Shown piece by piece: positions 61,235-64,000 of a DNA stretch of 64,000 nt (position 1 is its first letter; each line of letters begins with the position of its first letter). Source of the DNA: an uncultured Acidobacteriota bacterium (GTDB lineage: Bacteria > Acidobacteriota > Vicinamibacteria > Fen-336); the NCBI GenBank assembly GCA_963823195.1, contig CAWGKR010000005.1, positions 418,042 to 482,041 of the forward strand, written 5' to 3'. The position numbers and the translations under genes were made by a program. Under the pieces are notes generated by a model, which had not been told where the DNA came from, did not search any database, and was given only the letters and a program-made list of their open reading frames with translations.

Positions 61235-63355
61235 ATGACCATCACCATGACGACGAAGAAGCGCGTCGTGCTACCCCTCCTTCTCCTGGTGACCATGAAG
61301 AGTGCCTCCCTTGGCGCGGAAGCGCCGCCGCCGACCGATGATCCCTACCTCTGGCTCGAGGACGTCACGGGAGAGAAGGCTCTCGCCTGGGTCAAGGAAC
61401 AGAACGCCCTCAGCGTCGGAGAGCTCGGCGCCTCGGGCGCCTTCAAGTCCCTCGACGGGCGGTTCCTCAAGATCCTCGACTCCGAGGCCAAGATTCCGTA
61501 CGTCGAAAAGCTCGGCGACCTCTACTACAACCTCTGGCGGGACGCCGAGCACGAGCGCGGCGTCTGGCGACGCACGACCCTCGCCGAGTACCGCAAGGCG
61601 GAGCCGTCCTGGGAAGTGGTCCTCGATCTCGATGCGCTCGGGAAGACCGAGAACGAAAACTGGGTCTGGCACGGCGCCGAGTGCCTGAAGCCCGACTACA
61701 AGCGCTGCCTCGTCTCGCTGTCCCGCGGCGGCGCCGACGCCGACGTGACCCGCGAGTTCGACCTCGCCGCGAAGCAGTTCGTCCCGGGGGGCTTCTCGCG
61801 CCCGGAGGCGAAGGGGTCCCTCGGCTGGATCGACCTCGACACCGTCTACCTCTCGACCGATTTCGGCCCGGGCTCGATGACCCAGTCCGGCTATCCGCGC
61901 ATCGCCAAGGAGTGGCGCCGGGGAACTCCGCATGGACCAGGCCCGGACCGTCTACGAAGGCAAGCCCGAGGACATCTCTGTTGGGGCGTTCCGCGACCAT
62001 ACTCCGGGATACGAGCGCGACTTCGTCTACCGCGGCCCGACGTTCTTCACGAGCGAGGTCTATCTCCGCCGGGACGGCGCCCTCGTGGCCATCGACAAGC
62101 CCGCCGACGCCCAGCTGTCCGTCTACCGCGACCTTCTTCTTCTCACGCTGCGAAGCGACTGGACCGTCGGCGGGCGGACCTACCGCGCCGGCTCGCTCCT
62201 CGCGTCGGACTTCGAGGCCTTCCTCAAGGGCTCGCGGACTCTCGACGTGCTCTTCGAGCCCACCGCCCGCGCCTCCCTGGCCAGCTTCAGCCCGACCCTC
62301 CACCACATCCTTCTCAATACACTCGACAACGTTCGGAGCCGCGTCGAGGTCCTCACCCGCAAGGCCGGAGCGTGGACCCGGCAGCCACTCCCCGGCGTGC
62401 CGGACTTCGGCAGCGTGGACGCGACGGCCGTGGAGCCGGACCGCTCCGACGAGTTCTTCCTCACCGCAGACGACTTCCTGACTCCGACCAGTCTCTCTCT
62501 CGGCGTCGCAGGCACCAATGCCCGGGCGGACCGCTTGAAGTCCCTGCCCTCGTTCTTCGAGGCCGGCGACCTCGCCATCTCCCAGCACGAGGCCGTCTCG
62601 AAGGACGGCACCCACGTCCCGTACTTCCAGGTCTCGCGAAAGAACGTGGCGACCGATGGCACGAACCCGACGCTTCTCTACGGATACGGCGGGTTCGAGA
62701 TCTCCATGACTCCCGACTACGGCGGCGCTGAACGGGGCGGGATGGCTCGAGAAGGGCGGCGTCTACCTTCTCGCCAACATCCGCGGCGGAGGCGAGTTCG
62801 GACCGGAGTGGCACCACGCCGCCCTCAAGGAGAATCGCCACAAGGCCTACGAGGACTTCATCGCCGTCGCGGAAGACGCCATCGCGCGGAAGCTCACCTC
62901 GACACCCACACCTCGGCATCATGGGCGGCAGCAACGGCGGCCTGCTCATGGGCAACATGCTCACCATGCGGCCCGACCTCTTCGGCGCCGTGGTCTGCCA
63001 GGCGCCGCTTCTCGACATGAAGCGCTACTCCCATCTGCTCGCTGGCGCCAGCTGGATGGAGGAGTACGGCGACCCCGACGATCCGGCCCAATGGGAGTTC
63101 CTGAAGACGTTCTCCCCCTACCAGCAGCTCGCGAAGGGAGTCCGGTATCCGCGCACGCTCTTCACGACCTCGACCCGTGACGATCGCGTCCATCCCGGCC
63201 ACGCCCGCAAGATGGCGGCCAGGATGAAGGCGTTCGGTCAGGACGTGCTCTACTACGAGAACATCGAGGGAGGGCACGGCGGCGCGGCCACCAACGCCCA
63301 GACCGCCTTCATGCACGCCCTCGCCTACACCTTCCTCTGGAACCAGCTCCGGTAG
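61235..63355 (+). CDS. S9 prolyl oligopeptidase family serine peptidase, secreted; three frame breaks (~61930, ~62740, ~62900)
   Basis: Signal peptide, then DPYLWLEDV, a beta-propeller middle, and a catalytic domain with GGSNGGLL (Ser), RDDRVHP (Asp) and GGHGG (His). The pieces lie over ORFs 60842.., 61932.. and 62921... Confidence 0.85.
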
Positions 63356-63385
63356 TGGTCGTTCGCGGGGCGGCGGGGCGACGAC

Positions 63386-64000
63386 TTGGCCGCGCATAGG
63401 CGCTCCGCCTTCGCCCTCCGGCTGGCCGTCGGAGGCCTCGCCCTTCTGTCCGGCGCCAGCCTCGCGGCAACGGTCTGGCAGGCTCGCGTCACCGGGCTGC
63501 GGCTCACGATCGAGCCCCCGGGGGACTCCCCCGTCGAGGTCCTGGCTCAGCAGGTGACTTCGGACGAGCTCCTCCTGAACCCTGCGATCCCCTCGGGCAT
63601 TCGCGCCGCTCGATGGCGGGGCCAATGGCTCGTTGCACGCGACGGTCGCGGCACGTTCCTCCTTCGCGGACGAGGGGCCGCGCGGGTGTGGGTGGACGAC
63701 GTTCTCGTCCTCCAGGCCGAGGGAGGGATGTATCGAGAGGAGAGGGCCCTGGGCCTGGAACGCGGGCCTCATGCCGTGCGGGCGGAGTTCGAGACCCGTG
63801 GGCCCTTGCCGGTCTTCAAGCTGTTCATGACGGCCGCCGGCCAGACGGCACCCGCGGAGGGAGGCCGGGATCTCTTCCCCGGGATCCCATCGGCGACGAC
63901 GGAGCGCCTCCTTGCAATGGCCCGCCTCGCACGGGGAGCCGCTATGGGCGCCTGGACTCTCGCATTCCTCTGGGCCACGCTCCGCTTCCGCAAGCGCCGC
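63386..64000 (+). CDS. Membrane protein with PA14-like N-terminal domain (3' end outside window)
   Basis: Frame 2 is open from TTG 63386 to the window end (not in the supplied ORF track). TM/signal RLAVGGLALLSGASLAA, then RWRGQWLVARDGRGTFLLRGRGAARVWVDDVLVL, resembling PA14 domains, then a second TM helix. Confidence 0.45.
   Translation, partial: MAAHRRSAFALRLAVGGLALLSGASLAATVWQARVTGLRLTIEPPGDSPVEVLAQQVTSDELLLNPAIPSGIRAARWRGQWLVARDGRGTFLLRGRGAARVWVDDVLVLQAEGGMYREERALGLERGPHAVRAEFETRGPLPVFKLFMTAAGQTAPAEGGRDLFPGIPSATTERLLAMARLARGAAMGAWTLAFLWATLRFRKRR

Noticed and set aside
1-64000. Search for rRNA, tRNA, CRISPR arrays, IS elements, integrases and phage or defence-system genes
   Set aside because: None were recognised by eye. 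Intergenic regions are short except 35846-36610 and 51633-51876, which show no repeat-spacer periodicity or transposase-like ORFs. A computational scan (tRNAscan, Infernal, ISfinder) would be needed for certainty.

Overview
This is a 64-kb chromosomal segment from a roughly 70% GC diderm bacterium. The gene content (Tol-Pal, Lpt, sigma-54, type III glutamine synthetase, aa3 oxidase with two subunit-III genes) resembles Acidobacteriota or deltaproteobacteria-like lineages; that placement is inference only. I recognise about 60 protein genes and no rRNA, tRNA, CRISPR array or transposase. Gene order: rimI-like, DUF465, psd-pssA-NUDIX; a large orphan sensor kinase; an aa3 cytochrome oxidase cluster on the minus strand (SCO1-DUF420, CxxC microprotein, subunits IV, III, III-like, I, II, ctaB, cupredoxin-like lipoprotein); a PQQ-propeller lipoprotein; guaA-dnaE-accA; fused lptC/lptA-lptB-rpoN-hpf-hprK-rapZ-EIIA(Man)-HPr-EI; a fused E1 alpha/beta dehydrogenase; yceI; glnN; a ~2.2-kb ~55% GC island carrying a beta-lactamase-fold hydrolase; a type III PKS-methyltransferase-FAD oxidoreductase cluster; ssb; cpoB-pal-tolB-tolA-tolR-tolQ; recN-miaB; a bifunctional nuclease-parA-parB; an eight-gene lipid locus (radical SAM, SDR, then an operon of Spt-like synthase, ADC-like protein, lipid kinase, PlsC-like acyltransferase, Tam41-like protein and CDP-alcohol transferase); DUF4440; vapBC; an HD (p)ppGpp-hydrolase-like gene; an S9 prolyl oligopeptidase; and a partial PA14-like membrane protein. 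About half the genes, including essential ones (dnaE, guaA, ctaD), change frame one to several times while the protein sequence stays perfectly conserved across the break. Several breaks sit at short G/C runs. I therefore read them as assembly indels rather than pseudogenes, and the coordinates of broken genes are frame-corrected reconstructions. The most interesting candidate is the 53.9-59.3 kb lipid operon, which joins a serine-palmitoyltransferase-like enzyme to a kinase, a Tam41-type cytidylyltransferase and a CDP-alcohol transferase.
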